This document shows positions 48,554 through 62,242 of a stretch of DNA of 64,000 nucleotides, one piece after another; the stretch's first letter is position 1, and each line of letters opens with the position of its first letter. The notes beneath the pieces are model-generated. The model was not told where the DNA came from. It did not search any database and was given only the letters and a program-made list of their open reading frames with translations. A program made the translations under genes and the position numbers. This DNA is from Octopus bimaculoides (lineage: Eukaryota), in NCBI RefSeq assembly GCF_001194135.2, contig NC_068997.1, forward strand, positions 52,754,814 to 52,818,813, in the 5' to 3' direction.

Positions 48554-51500
48554 CCATTCAGTACTTATACACAAACTATAATACCACATATTCAGTTACT
48601 TTCACACACACATTGATATATTAATACAAGCAGCTTAAACATAAACTGATATATATATACATATATATATACTAACACACATACAGAAGTACATTTAGTA
48701 TCCTATATATACAAAAACTCACAAACACACATGCACACATATACATATATACATGCAGACATAAATATATATATATACACACTATATATATATGTATATA
48801 TACAATTATTTTTTCTAATGCAAAATACCTTTGCCTGTTTTAATTGCACTAATTATATTAATATTGTTAATTAGCCATTTATGATGAAACCATGTAATTA
48901 ATATTAATAATAATAATAATAATAATAATATGTTCTTAAATAGAATCTTCTTTCACTCCGGACATACTGACTTCTGTATTAATATTGTTTGTATCTGGAA
49001 ACATATGTAAAAATATTGAATAGAAGGGATTATGGCTTCTGCTAAGACTTGCATGCTGTGGACAATTCCAATTCTGTTTTTTTTTCTTTTTTCCTTTTTT
49101 TCTTGTTCTTCAGTTCCAACTCTGATTGAACGGATCTGTGATCTAATGATCTATCAGCGTCCACATTGTCCAATGTGTCTTTCTTTTCTAAGACAGCAGG
49201 ATGTGATCTGAGGGAGATATGGCTGCTAATTCTAGCTATGTGGAGTGACCACATAGAAGCCGCCCTGTTGGCTTCCTACCTCCCCCACCATAATATTTTT
49301 TCTCCTTGTTTTGCCATTTGAGTAAGATAGGCAAATTCGAACCATTTCGGTCGGAAGTCAACATCCAGAACTGTTCCTGTGTTTATCATATCTTCATCAA
49401 ATTTTTCAAGATTTTCTTAGTTTCTCAAAATATATTCAAGAGATTTTGTATTCTTCAACTTTTCAACTGGTTCCTTTTGTAATCATTTAAAAATATTTTT
49501 CTTCATATAAAAGACTAAGATAGAACTTTAGTAGTCGTAGTGTAAGTAGTGATAGTAGTAGTGGTGGTGGTAGTAGTGGTGGTGGTGGGGTGGGGGATGT
49601 TTGGAAGTTTACCAATTGTAAATTTAAATCATGAACAAAGTGGTTTAGCTATCCAGAACTTTTGACCGAAATCTTGCAAGACGAAAAGAGACAGCTCTTG
49701 GATTCCAGGAGTTGGTAGCTAGCTGGTTGGGTGGAAATGGGGTTGGTTTATTCCAAGTTTCAAAGAGTTCTGTGAGGATTTCATTTCTTTCTTCCTTTCT
49801 TTTTTGAGGAAGAGGCCCTTCGGATATTCATAGCCCCCTGGTCCACTCCATGGTCTCCTCCACTGGTGATAGAGCCGCTGACACATGTTATCATATAGGC
49901 CCTGACAATATTACAGATTGCAGTTAGACAGTGATTGGTGGGTCTGGTTGACTCTATGCTGGAGGTGCCTCTGGGACCGCTAACCTAGGGTGACCTCCAG
50001 CCCCATTGACAAAGAGCATAGAGAGTGACTGAAATTTAAAATAAGAATTGAAACCCCTTAGGTAGGGTTTTGCTTGTTAATTTTGGACCCTCTTTCTACC
50101 AATTACCAGTATTGTGTGGCACTGTGTCGATGTTACCAACATGAGACAATAGTCAAGATGTAAATTTTAACTAAGCAAGAATTAAAAATATCTGGAGATT
50201 ATTAAGAGACCTGTTTAATTATTTTCAATGATTGAACACTGCATTGACACCTGGATGAAGTCTTGAAAGGGGTTTCACATTGATCAGCTTCACTTAAGCC
50301 TAAGAAACAGCTTCTGACAACTATTTGTTCCTTACAGCTTTCTGAACACAACTGAAGTAAACTGCCTTAATATACAAGAGTACCAGTAATATCCTAGGGT
50401 TGATTTAGTCAGTCAATTAGCTGCACAAAACAATTTAGCACCCTTCCTCCTAATAATGTCAGCCTAAATGACCTTACAGGACTTTTGTCCTTCTGGGGTC
50501 AGAGTTCAGACCCATACTCTGATTTGACCTCTGTCTCTTTCTTCCTTTTAGGACGCTGGTGTGTGGGTGTCACTTTGGTGGGTGGGGTAGCTAATAAAAT
50601 CAGTACCAGTAATGCAATTGGGTTGATCTAATCCTGTATCAGTGGTGCTGGTGGTTGCACTGAAGATTTTAACCCCCCCCCCCCCGTTTGGGGGTCCTTC
50701 TACACTGCTCAGTTCATTGGATGGCTTTAGTTTCTTGGCCCATGGTTTTGCACAATAATGGTCATTGTGTGCCATGCTTGGAATCTCACCATGAAGCTTT
50801 CTTCCTTCATTGGTTCTCAGCCAATTAGCACTCTGGTGCTTCTTCGGTAAGCACCTTGCCCACTTCATACATGTGTTAGTCTTTATGACTGGAATAGACG
50901 AAGGTCCTACCACCATCATCACTGTCAATCTTTCCGCTGTTTGTCCAACTCACTTCACTTAAGCCTAAGATGTCCAGCTAGTATCTATTAAACTCTCTCA
51001 ACAATTGGGTTAGTCTTCCAGTTTAGTACATTCTAAGTTCTAATCTTAGTTGTGGCGTTGGTCTTCAGAATCAGGCTCTTTGATTAGAACAGAGGTCACA
51101 TGATTTACCATATTTAAATAAGATTAGGTTGGTTTCCAGCTTGTTAAACTTGTCCTTTGCTATGGTGAAGTATTCTGTGGTCACAGACCCTGAAGATAAC
51201 TTCTTTCCACCTGTCTTCTGTCATATTTTGGAGGCCCTGTTAAGGGCCACAGACTTGCCCTTTCCTATTCAAATAAAACCATTAAAAAAAAAAACAAAGT
51301 TTTTTAAAAAGAACAAATTTCAGAGGTTTAACTTTTTTTATTAAATTTCTGGTTTTCTAACTTTTTTTGTTAAATAAAAAAATATTCTCAATATCTCCCC
51401 CAGAAAAAAACTCCCATCCCAAAAGATTACCCCCTACCAAAACAAAAAAAAAAACATCCCATGAAATTTTCATGTTTTATTTGTAATTTTATTCTTTTTT

Positions 51501-51819
51501 TTTTACATTTAATTTTGATTTTGTTTTTTAAAGTGTTTTCTTTTTTGTTGTTTTAGTTTGCTTTTTGTTTTGTTTTCAATTTTATCCCCTCCCACCAAAA
51601 AAATATTTTTAATAAATAAACAAATAAATAAATAATTTTGCCTTTTTTTCTTTGTTTTATTTTGTTTTTGTTTTCATTTTAATTTTCATTCTAATATTTA
51701 ATGTTGCCTGTTTTTTTTCTCTCCCTTTGATTTATCTTCCCCAGTGTATCACTGGTTGTAATTTCTCCATAACAAACTAATTTCATGGTGATGTGACTGA
51801 AGTATCAACGTGTGACTTA

Positions 51820-51985
51820 TAATGTATGGCAGTGTGACATGACATGTAGGATGATGTGACTGAAAATTATGGTGACGTGAGCTGAGATGTAAGATGGTGT
51901 GACAGGAAATGTAGGATGGTGTGACAGGAGGTGTATGGTAGTGTGACAGATGTATTAGGATGTGACAGGAGGTGTTTGGTGGTGC
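51820..51985. repeat. Degenerate minisatellite of about 21-22 bp
   Basis: Recurrent ggatggtgtgacaggaggtgta-like units. Confidence 0.65.
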
Positions 51986-53836
51986 AGCAAAAGATGAAAT
52001 GATGAAATAGAAATGGTTTTTATGTCCATTCCTTACCTCTAGAGACCATCATCACTAGATTACCAATTCTAGCAACTACTGTTATGGTTTATTGAAGAAC
52101 TAAGAAATAATAAAGTTACTTGGAATAATATATAGGAATATGTATGTTCTAAGAATTACAGAAGAACCAGAAATATATGAATATGAAAATAAAATGAAAG
52201 AAGTTTTAAATATTTAACCCCATGATGATAGTGTCCCAGCATGACCACAGTCCAGTGACTGAAAAAAATAAAAGAAAATATGGAAAAATAAATATCAGCT
52301 ATTTTTTTTTGTTTTGTTTTTTAGTGTTTCCTCCAATTTCAGACAATAACATACTAGGTATGTTCTCCTTCAGTCCATTTCATATATCTGGTTCCATATT
52401 TGGCTGTTGTCATGAAGAGGTTGGTTGTATAGAGTATAGAGAGGCAATCTGAGTTTGGCATTTATTCCATGTTGCTGTTTGGTTTAATACCTATGTATGG
52501 CTAAAGGTCAATGATGCCATAGAGGGTGGAATAGACTACTGGGTCTGTGGCCTTCATTCATTTATTTCTTTGGATTTATTAACAGTGGTGGGCACCTCAG
52601 TACAAAAGTTGGTTGCATTTTGGTAATTTTTGACACAACAGCAATTTTGGTGTAGGATGTATTTTTGGTATTTTGGTGCCAATATTGAATACTGTTGTTT
52701 GAATCTCTCTGAGCAAATCTTTGAAACGAGCTAGACAAATAATGAAGAACCATCCATAAGTTTTGTATGTCTGAAAATGAATATCATTCTTCTTCAAGAC
52801 CATGTTGTATACTTTGCGGTGTGGAGAGGTAGATGTCCATGCTATCACCGTCTTCTTGATGCAGTTAGAACCAAGATGCTTCACAGAATTACGGACGAAG
52901 AATTACCGTTCCACAACTGGTCAATTTTTGGTGTCATGTTGTGTGTTTCTGCCAATAACATCATTGTAGCTGAATAATCTTTGTCCTCTTTTGGGGTGCA
53001 GAAGTCTCCAAAATTTAACATCTGATGTGACATGGTGTTCAACACAATAATAGTAACTAGCAAAGCCTCCCTACCCTCTGTTGAGCAACAATAATAGACG
53101 TGGATGGAATGTTTCCATAAATCTCCTCATTGGGTCTTGAACTCATGACACGTTTTGCATCCATGGAGCTCATTCTTCATAATCCAGGATTCAGCTTGAC
53201 AAATGGTCTTTCTTTAATGACTTGATTTTCCCAATGTAGCAGCTAAATCTTCAGTGATCTATTTCCCTGCTGTCTCTTATATAAGAATTCCCTGCCACAA
53301 AACCTAAATCTGATCACAGAATCGGTTCCTCACTGCAATATTGACTGGAACCGTTATCAAATTTGCTTTGGAATTATTTAAATATTTGGAATTTCTTAAA
53401 CAAATGGAATTCATTCTTGAAGGAAGAATTTTAACTTTTTTTCTCTCTTTTATACACAAGGCGTTACTATTTTTATATTCCATCTCAATAATTTGGCTTG
53501 GTTCTTATTGTCTTTGATACTAGTTATCTTTGTGGTTGGTGTAGTGCTTAATGTTGCGATTATTGTTGTAGTAGTCCTATTTCAAGACGGAATAACAAAG
53601 ATAGCATTAAATTTTGTTTAACTTTATTTTCTTATTTCAATATCTTAAGCTATTCTCTTGATATCTCTTTTTACATTCAATATCTTGTACAAAATTTAAT
53701 ATCTTCTACATTTGATATTTCTTAATTCAATTCCTTCTATATCCAAAGCAATATTTTCTTTCTTATTTGATATCACATTTAATTCTCTTGATATTCTTCA
53801 TCTTGTTCTCAATGCATCCTCTTTATCTCCCCCCCC

Positions 53837-53871
<35 letters not shown>

Positions 53872-54957
53872 GAAATTTATCTCTCTATTCATGCTGGTTG
53901 TCCAAGAGATGTTACCAACAAGACAAACACACAAACCAAATTTTTATTCCCATATAAAGCAAATTCAATTATTTGTGCTTTTAATGTTCTTTGGAGAAGC
54001 ATGAACACAACAACTTCACCATTCCCCCACCTTGAAACATATTAAGACTTTGAATGTAGTCAATAGCAACTTAAATTTTATTATTTTGCTAAATCAAGCA
54101 ACGATTTTTCACAAGTATTTGCTATTTTTTGTTATGAATGTACAAACATACTTGCAAAATTGCTATAGGTCAAAGACATATGGTTAAGTAGCACATGTCT
54201 TCAACAAAATGGTTCTGGGTTCAGTCCCACCACATGCTTAAAGCCTTGGCTTAATGAATATTTTATGAATGGAATTTGGTAGATGAAATGGTACAAAAGT
54301 TCAGTGTGTGTCTGTGCAACCATAGATGAATGTACATGTATATATGTGTGTGTGCGTGTGCTCACATATATTCATGCCCACTTGTATGTGTCTTATATTG
54401 TGGCACCAAGCTAACCAATCTCTTGTGAGGAAATCTAGTATATGGAGACTATATGAAGCCTGTAATAGGTATTTATCTGGGAATGTTTACCTCATGTGCT
54501 GAACTAAAAACGGTGATGGTTTGTTGTCATTTCTCCTGTAAACAAATTGCATGTTAGCCCTGCTTTTTTGAAAATGTGCAGAAAAAAGACCTCTTACTGG
54601 AAAAAGAGGTAATGTTAATGACAGGAAGGGCATCCAGCTGTAAAATTATGTCGCAATAACAAGTATTCATCTATCCCCAACCTAGAATAGGAAAAACAAT
54701 TTAAATTAAATGAATATGATAGGACGATAGGGATGGAATCAGTGTCAGGGGTTTCATATCACTAGCGTTTGTGTTGATCATGGCTATATAACTTAGCCCT
54801 TGGTAACCCTGTTCACTTGGCTGTAAATAGGTACCGCACCACAGCATGATGTGTAAGTAGCAGGAGTGCTGTATATTTAATGTGCTTCCAATTTTCTTGA
54901 TTGCGCCATTCTTTTCCATTTTAATCCAAATTGCTTAACTACGCTGTCTTATCATCA

Positions 54958-55116
54958 TCATGGAGGTTTTCAAGTGGCCTTTTCCCATCTTTTGGATATC
55001 ACTCAGCAACTGCACAGGTCCACCTGTTGTCTGTAAACCTTATGGCATGTCTGGCCTCATGGAATTTGTGCTTTCAATATTCTGCAAACACATTGCTTAC
55101 TCTGCTCCATTCTTGA
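54958..55116 (-). mobile_element. RTE-clade LINE 3' fragment
   Basis: Minus strand KFHEARHAIRFTDNRWTCAVAE*YPKDGKRPL matches the RWAGHV-x-R-x-x-DNRWT-x-x-V-x-EW-x-P-x-x-x-KR-x-x-GRP motif. Confidence 0.7.
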
Positions 55117-55814
55117 AAATTGGGAAGGATTATATATGTAATATTATAGTCTCATGGTAGCCAAGTTGCCAAATGGTTTCATGCCAGAAATAGAGAGGCA
55201 AATCTAGCAATCATCAGATATGCATGAATCGAAGAGCATGGCCTGAGCCCTTTGCCACTGGAAGCCTGAAAGTGTCATATGGAATTTATGGGGTCTTGAG
55301 AACCCGTTAAAAACAGAAAGAAATTCATGGATGAAATCACAGAATATATCCAAAAGGAGAGAAAGAGTGTTTGTGTGTGACTTTATATGGAAATGGTTCT
55401 TGGTTTAAAACACGAGGGTTTATTAATTGTATAGCTGTAGTGTGTCTGTTGGCACAGATGGTTGAGAGCTATCTTAGTTTCTTGACAATAATATTTAGTT
55501 CAGTGCCTCATATCTCTGAGTTCAATTCCTGCCAGAGCCGAATTTATTAGTCATGCCAGGAATAAACTGGAATTAATATATTTATTAAATCTCTATTAGT
55601 ATTCAAACTGGAGTTGAATTAGCACAAGCAAATGGTCTTACTTTTTTGTTGTCTGTTGTAGTAGTGGTTGTAGTAGTGTTAGTGGTAGCTAGTTGTGAAT
55701 AAAATCTATACTTATTCATTCATACTTTTATAATTACAGGGTTTAATCTCATAGAATATTTGTTATTATCATTATTATTATTATTATTATTATTTATTAT
55801 TATTATTATTATTA

Positions 55815-56490
55815 AGGTGGCGAGCTGGCTGAATCATTAGCACGCCGCCGGGTGAAATATTTAGCGGTATTTCATCTGGCATTACGTTCTGAGTTCAAAT
55901 TCAAGCATGGTCGACTTTGCTTTTCATCTTTTCGGAGTCAATAAAATTAAGTACCAGTTGAGTACTGGGGTCGATGTAATCAACTTAACCCCTCCCCCCA
56001 CAAATTTCAGGCCTTGTGCCTATAGTAGAAAGGATTATTATTATTATTATTATTATTAGTAGTAGTAGTAGTAATGGTAGTACTAAAGAGCAGTGGATTA
56101 GCGGAATTGTTTGAGAAGCAGAAAAAAATGCCTTTTGGTATTTGTATCAGCCCTTTGCATTCTGAGTTCAAATCCTGCTGAGGTCAACCTTGCCTTTCAT
56201 GCTTTCAGGCTTAATTAAATAAACACCAGTCGAACCACTGGAAGGATTGATGTAATTGACTTCCCCCTCCCCTCAAAATTACTGGCCTTGTGCCTAAATT
56301 TGAAACAGTTATTCAAGATAGCAGTATTTTGTCCATTGGTATGTTCATCAGTTCACATTCCGCCAAGGTGGATTTTGACATTCATCGTTTTGGGGGTTGA
56401 TAAAAATAAGAACCAGTTGAGCAGTGGGGGTGGGAGTCAGTGTAATCAACTCGTCCCTTTCCCCAAAATTTCAGGCCTTGTAGAAGAAAG
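55815..56490 (+). mobile_element. Cluster of three co-oriented SINE family 2 copies
   Basis: Repeated ttctgagttcaaat...accagt...ggccttgt units separated by (tta)n/(tag)n. Confidence 0.72.
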
Positions 56491-56679
56491 GATTGTTATT
56501 GAGGTTGAAGAATGTCAGAATCGGTGGCTCTCAGGAGAAAATGGTTATAATTTAGTTATGTCTCCTCAAAATCTTGCTAGAGACATCTTTTGCTTTCACA
56601 TATTTCTATATGTGTGTGTATGTATATGTATGTAGATATATGCATGTGTGCATGTATATATATATGTATATAATATGTG

Positions 56680-56837
56680 CAGGAGTGGCTGTGTAGTAAG
56701 TAGCTTGCTTACCAACCACATGGTTCTGGATTCAGTCCCACTGCTTGACACCTTGGGCAAGTATCTTCTACTTTCGCCTCTGGCTGACCAAAGCCTTGTG
56801 AGTGGATTTGGTAGATGGAAACTGAAAGAAGCCTGTC

Positions 56838-56890
<53 letters not shown>

Positions 56891-57095
56891 TGTATGTATG
56901 TATGTATATGTTTGTCCCGCGACCATCGCTTGACAACTGATGTTGGTGTGTTTATGTCCCCATAACTTTGTGGTTCAGCCAAAGAGACCAATAGAATAAG
57001 TACTAGGCTTACAAAGAATAAGTCCTGGAGTTGATTTGTTCAGCTAAAGGCAGTGCTCCAGCATGGCCACAGTCAAATGACTGAAACAAATAAAT
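56680..57095 (+). mobile_element. SINE family 1, full length with (TA)n(TATG)n spacer
   Basis: ggagtggctgtgtagtaagtagcttgcttaccaaccacatgg head; 3' module ending ctccagcatggccacagtcaaatgactgaaac. Confidence 0.8.
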
Positions 57096-57132
57096 AAAAG
57101 AATATATATGTATATGTATACGTGTATATATA

Positions 57133-57211
<79 letters not shown>

Positions 57212-58119
57212 TATATATGTGATATGTATGTATATCCTGTTGAAAACATGTTTTTCCCTCTGTTTTTTTTTTCTTGTTTTTTCCCCATTTTTTTCCTCTC
57301 ATCCCTATCTGTCAAAGAGCATAGGCTCAGAACATCAAAGACTTTCCCATTCTTCCTGAGCATCAAACTAATACACCTGCTTGTTGTCCCCTCACCTGTC
57401 TTTGTCTTTTGTTTTTCCGTAAATTTGGACTATATATACACATGTATGTGTGTGAGTGCATATGTGTATGTAGACGAGTGTGTGTGTGTATATCTATGCA
57501 TGTATGAATATATATATATATATATATAAATCTATATAAACCTTCACCATTCCAGGGTTGATTGACTAAGGAATCAGTAACATAGAAAATGGTGCAGATG
57601 AATTGAACTGCAACCTCTCCTCCCCATATCCGGAGTGTTGTGCCTATGTCAAATCATTATTATTATTATTATTATTATTATTGTTATAACTATATGAGGG
57701 TTAACTTTGTATTTCATATTTCTGAGGTAAATAAAATCAATACCAGTAATCTCTGTCTCTCTCTCTTTCTCTCTAGGTTTTTGTCTTCTTTCTCCAACTA
57801 AGATGGAAAATTTCTATTTATCAAGAACGTTTTGCATTTGCCATTCAGTTTTATCAACGTCTGCCTGAGTTATCATTCCAAGTTGTGTCATTGGTCGATC
57901 ACAGTTACTTCCCTTTGCTCAGTATTGCTGTATGGTAGATGCAAGTGTGGCTATGAGGTTAAGAAGTTCGCTCGGAATCTACATGGTTTCAGGTTCAGTT
58001 CCACTGTGTGGCTCCTTGGGCAAGTGTCTTCTGTTATAACCCTGGACTGACCAATGCCTTGTGAATGAATTTGGCCAATGGAAACTGTGTGGAAGCCCAT
58101 TATATATATGTGTGTAAAG

Positions 58120-58330
58120 TGGTGAGCTGGTAGAAACGTTAGCACACTGGACGAAACGATTAACGGTATTTCGTTTGTCCTTATGTTCTGAGTTCAAATT
58201 CCACCGATGTCGACTTTGCCTTTCATCCTTTCGGAGTTGATAAATTAAGCACCAGTTGTGTACTAGGGTCAATCTAATCGACTTTCCCCCTCCTCCAAAA
58301 TTTCGGGTCTTGTGCCTAGAGTAGAAAAGA
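58120..58330 (+). mobile_element. SINE family 2
   Basis: ggtgagctggtagaaacgttagc...gttctgagttcaaattccaccgatgtcgactttgcc...cttgtgcctagagtagaaaag. Confidence 0.77.
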
Positions 58331-58331
58331 T

Positions 58332-58369
<38 letters not shown>

Positions 58370-59048
58370 CATGTACTTGTTTCTTTATGTTTCCATTTGT
58401 CCTTCTCACTAAATAACAGCCGGTGTTGGGTTGTTTATATCCCTGCAACCTAGCAGTTTGGCAAAAGACACCAACAGAATGAGTTTAAGACTTAAAAGAA
58501 TAACTACTGGTGTTTGGTGTTGATTTGTTTGACTAAATCTTTCAAGGCAATGCTCCAGTATGGCCATAGTCTAATTGGCTGAAACATTACAAAGACAAAA
58601 GACTGAAATTAATTGCTTAAATTCCCTCAAAATCTTTCAATACCTCATCTTCAAGCACCTCATTTTACCTTTTTTAGTGAGTTTATTTTTGACTTTCTCT
58701 ATAAAATTATTTCCAAAGATTTCTAATCAAAAGTTGCCAGGACAAAACTTTCATTTTAACTTCAAGAATCTTGTGTTAATTATCTAAATTATATCTGGCT
58801 TTGCACCAAAATATTTGAAGGATTCTTTTGCCTGCCAACTTTGTATCACAGAATCTCAAGTCTGATTTAATTATGGCTTTTTTTCTAAACTTTCAACAAA
58901 ATGTCATTAAGTGAAACTCTTGCATATGTCACCTTAAGCTTTTGGAATTCATAACTAACCAATCCAAGAACGTTATTTGATTACATCATAGCAAACTAAA
59001 ACCACATCTTTCTCCCAAATACCTTAAGACAAATACATACATACAAAC

Positions 59049-59084
<36 letters not shown>

Positions 59085-59094
59085 GTATAGACAC

Positions 59095-59447
59095 AGGAGT
59101 GGCTGTGTGGTAAGTAGCTTGCTTACCAACCACATGGTTCTGGGTTCAGTCGCACTGTGTGATACCCTGGATAAGTGTCTTCTACTATAGCCTCGGGCAA
59201 ACCAAAGCCTCGTGAGTGGATTTGGTAGATGGAAACTGAAAGAAGCCCGTCGTATATATGTATATGTTTGTGTGTCTGTGTTTGTCCCCCCAACATTGCT
59301 TGACAACCGATGCTGGTGTGTTTATGTCCCTGTAACTTAGCAGTTCGGCAAAAGAGTCTGATAGAATAAGTCCCAGGGTTGATTTGCTCGACTAAAGGCA
59401 TTGCTCCAGCATGACCGCAGTCAAATGACTGAAACAAGTAAAAGAAT
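59095..59447 (+). mobile_element. SINE family 1, full length
   Basis: Same head/spacer/tail layout. Confidence 0.8.
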
Positions 59448-61064
59448 AGGTTCATTTTAAAAATCCCTTATCTAGGTCTTTGAAAAACCCTTGTATAAAC
59501 TCACTGTAAGAAATCCTTACCCAGGCCCTCTCTGAAAAATTGTTACCTGGGCTGTCTTTGAAAAAGCTTCCTATAGATTCCTACTACAGTTATGTTTCCT
59601 TTTCCAAAGATTGATCACAAAACACAGGTACAGCATTATCCCTCTCTCTCCCTCATATATGTTCCACCTTATTATCCATATCCTTTGCAAAAAGAATTTT
59701 GATAATAAACTCCGGATTATTCCAAATCGGAAAGTTTATATAAATATTTTTTCCTTCTGTTTGTATCTGGTTTTTAGCAGATGTTTTAAATCAGCGTTTG
59801 ATTATTATTATTATTATTATTTTTTAAATCAGGGTTTGATTATTATTATGTGTTGCATCAATTTTGCAGTCTGGGTCCCATCAGGTACATCTATATATAA
59901 AGGTTTGTGTCTTGCTAAAAATCCCAAGTTTTGGCTGTCCTGTTGTTATATACCATTCTGGGCCTATTTATCTATTTATCTAGCTAGCTAGGTAGCTATA
60001 CACACATATAGTTAGAGGTGTATAGTATATGTAGTAGCTATACATCCGTAACTATAGCTATCATTATCATCATTGTTTTAATATAATCTTTTCAATGCTT
60101 GCATTGTTCAATATACTTGTACATACATACATATATACATACGTACGTGCATGCATACATACATGAATACATACATACATATGTGTTTGTGTGTGTGTGA
60201 CTGTCTGTCTTGCCTCTCTCTCTCTCTCTCCTGTCTGTCACTATACATACACACACACACAAACATATATACATAAAGTTGTTTATGTGTATATATGTAC
60301 AATATATACGTATATTTATAGATATATAGTCATAAATACACACAATGTATCATATATATATATACATAAATATGACAATATTATTTGAAGTGTACAGCAT
60401 TATATATCTATTATGGCCGATCTTACAAATCAGTTTCGCACTTGGGACTCAATGGAGTGTTAGGTAACAATCCAATGATACAACCTTTCACTCATCAGGT
60501 CATTACCTAACACCCCATTTAATCCCTAGCTTGAAACGAATTGGTAAGGTTAGCTGTAATAGATAGATAGGACTGTATATATATATATATATATATATAT
60601 ACATAGACATAAATATACACATTGTTTTATATATATACACATATATATATTTATTTATATATATAAATATATATTTATACACACACATACACACATATAT
60701 ATATTTATATATATATATATGCACATATTGTTACACTCACAAACGCATAGACAGCCATGCACACAGATATATATCTATATATGTGCTTAGCCATATATTT
60801 ATATATACGTCTTTAACATGAAATAAATATTTCAGGTAGCCACATTTTTATGGCATGCATTCAGATGTTCAACTGATTGACCATTGTTGGTGGACCTACT
60901 CTATTAACAGGAAACAGGGTATCGACTTGGTATTCTGACTGTAACTTATATAATAAATATTAATTTATACTCTAACCTTTGGTATTGAGTACTCTTTAAT
61001 TCTTTCTTCACCAGTAACATATTGATAATTTTTATACATGTGGAGTATATACATGTAGTTATAC

Positions 61065-61107
<43 letters not shown>

Positions 61108-61692
61108 AGCGTTGTAGTTTGCTTGCAGCATTGTAATATCAGAGAAGGTAAAAAAGAGAGAAAATAGAAAGCTTCTGACAATGTGTAAAGTTTTATAAAA
61201 CCTTTNNNNNNNNNNNNNNNNNNNNNNNNNNNNNNNNNNNNNNNNNNNNNNNNNNNNNNNNNNNNNNNNNNNNNNNNNNNNNNNNNNNNNNNNNNNNNNN
61301 NNNNNNNNNNNNNNNNNNNNNNNNNNNNNNNNNNNNNNNNNNNNNNNNNNNNNNNNNNNNNNNNNNNNNNNNNNNNNNNNNNNNNNNNNNNNNNNNNNNN
61401 NNNNNNNNNNNNNNNNNNNNNNNNNNNNNNNNNNNNNNNNNNNNNNNNNNNNNNNNNNNNNNNNNNNNNNNNNNNNNNNNNNNNNNNNNNNNNNNNNNNN
61501 NNNNNNNNNNNNNNNNNNNNNNNNNNNNNNNNNNNNNNNNNNNNNNNNNNNNNNNNNNNNNNNNNNNNNNNNNNNNNNNNNNNNNNNNNNNNNNNNNNNN
61601 NNNNNNNNNNNNNNNNNNNNNNNNNNNNNNNNNNNNNNNNNNNNNNNNNNNNNNNNNNNNNNNNNNNNNNNNNNNNNNNNNNNNNNNNNNNN

Positions 61693-61766
<74 letters not shown>

Positions 61767-62208
61767 TATACCCATATACATACATAAACATAAGTATATA
61801 TAAATATATATTTGTATATACATATGTATATCTATGTGTGTATGTGTGTGTGTGTGTGTGTGTGTATGTGTGTCTGTTTGTGTGCAAGCATTTATATATG
61901 CGACACTACAAACAATAACTGCATAATGGAACAGCAACCGTTGTACTTGAACTGATTTCACATCTGCTGCTTCTCCAGCGGCCGCAACCAGAATCTCCAG
62001 GAATACAGAAATAGACAGGACAATAGAGAAAGTGCAGTACGTCTGGCCCATTAGAGTGCAAGCCATTAGATTTATCACTGAACTTTGTTTTAGACAGGTG
62101 GAGACATGGTACAAGTAACTGGGAAGATGGATTTACCTACATGGAATATAATAGCCATTAATCATTACATGTGTATCATTAAATGAGTTTCCTTCTTGTT
62201 TATATCAG

Positions 62209-62242
<34 letters not shown>

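Noticed and set aside
51109-51264. 156-nt minus-strand segment with good acceptor and donor
   Set aside because: Stop codons in all three frames; at most a non-coding exon.
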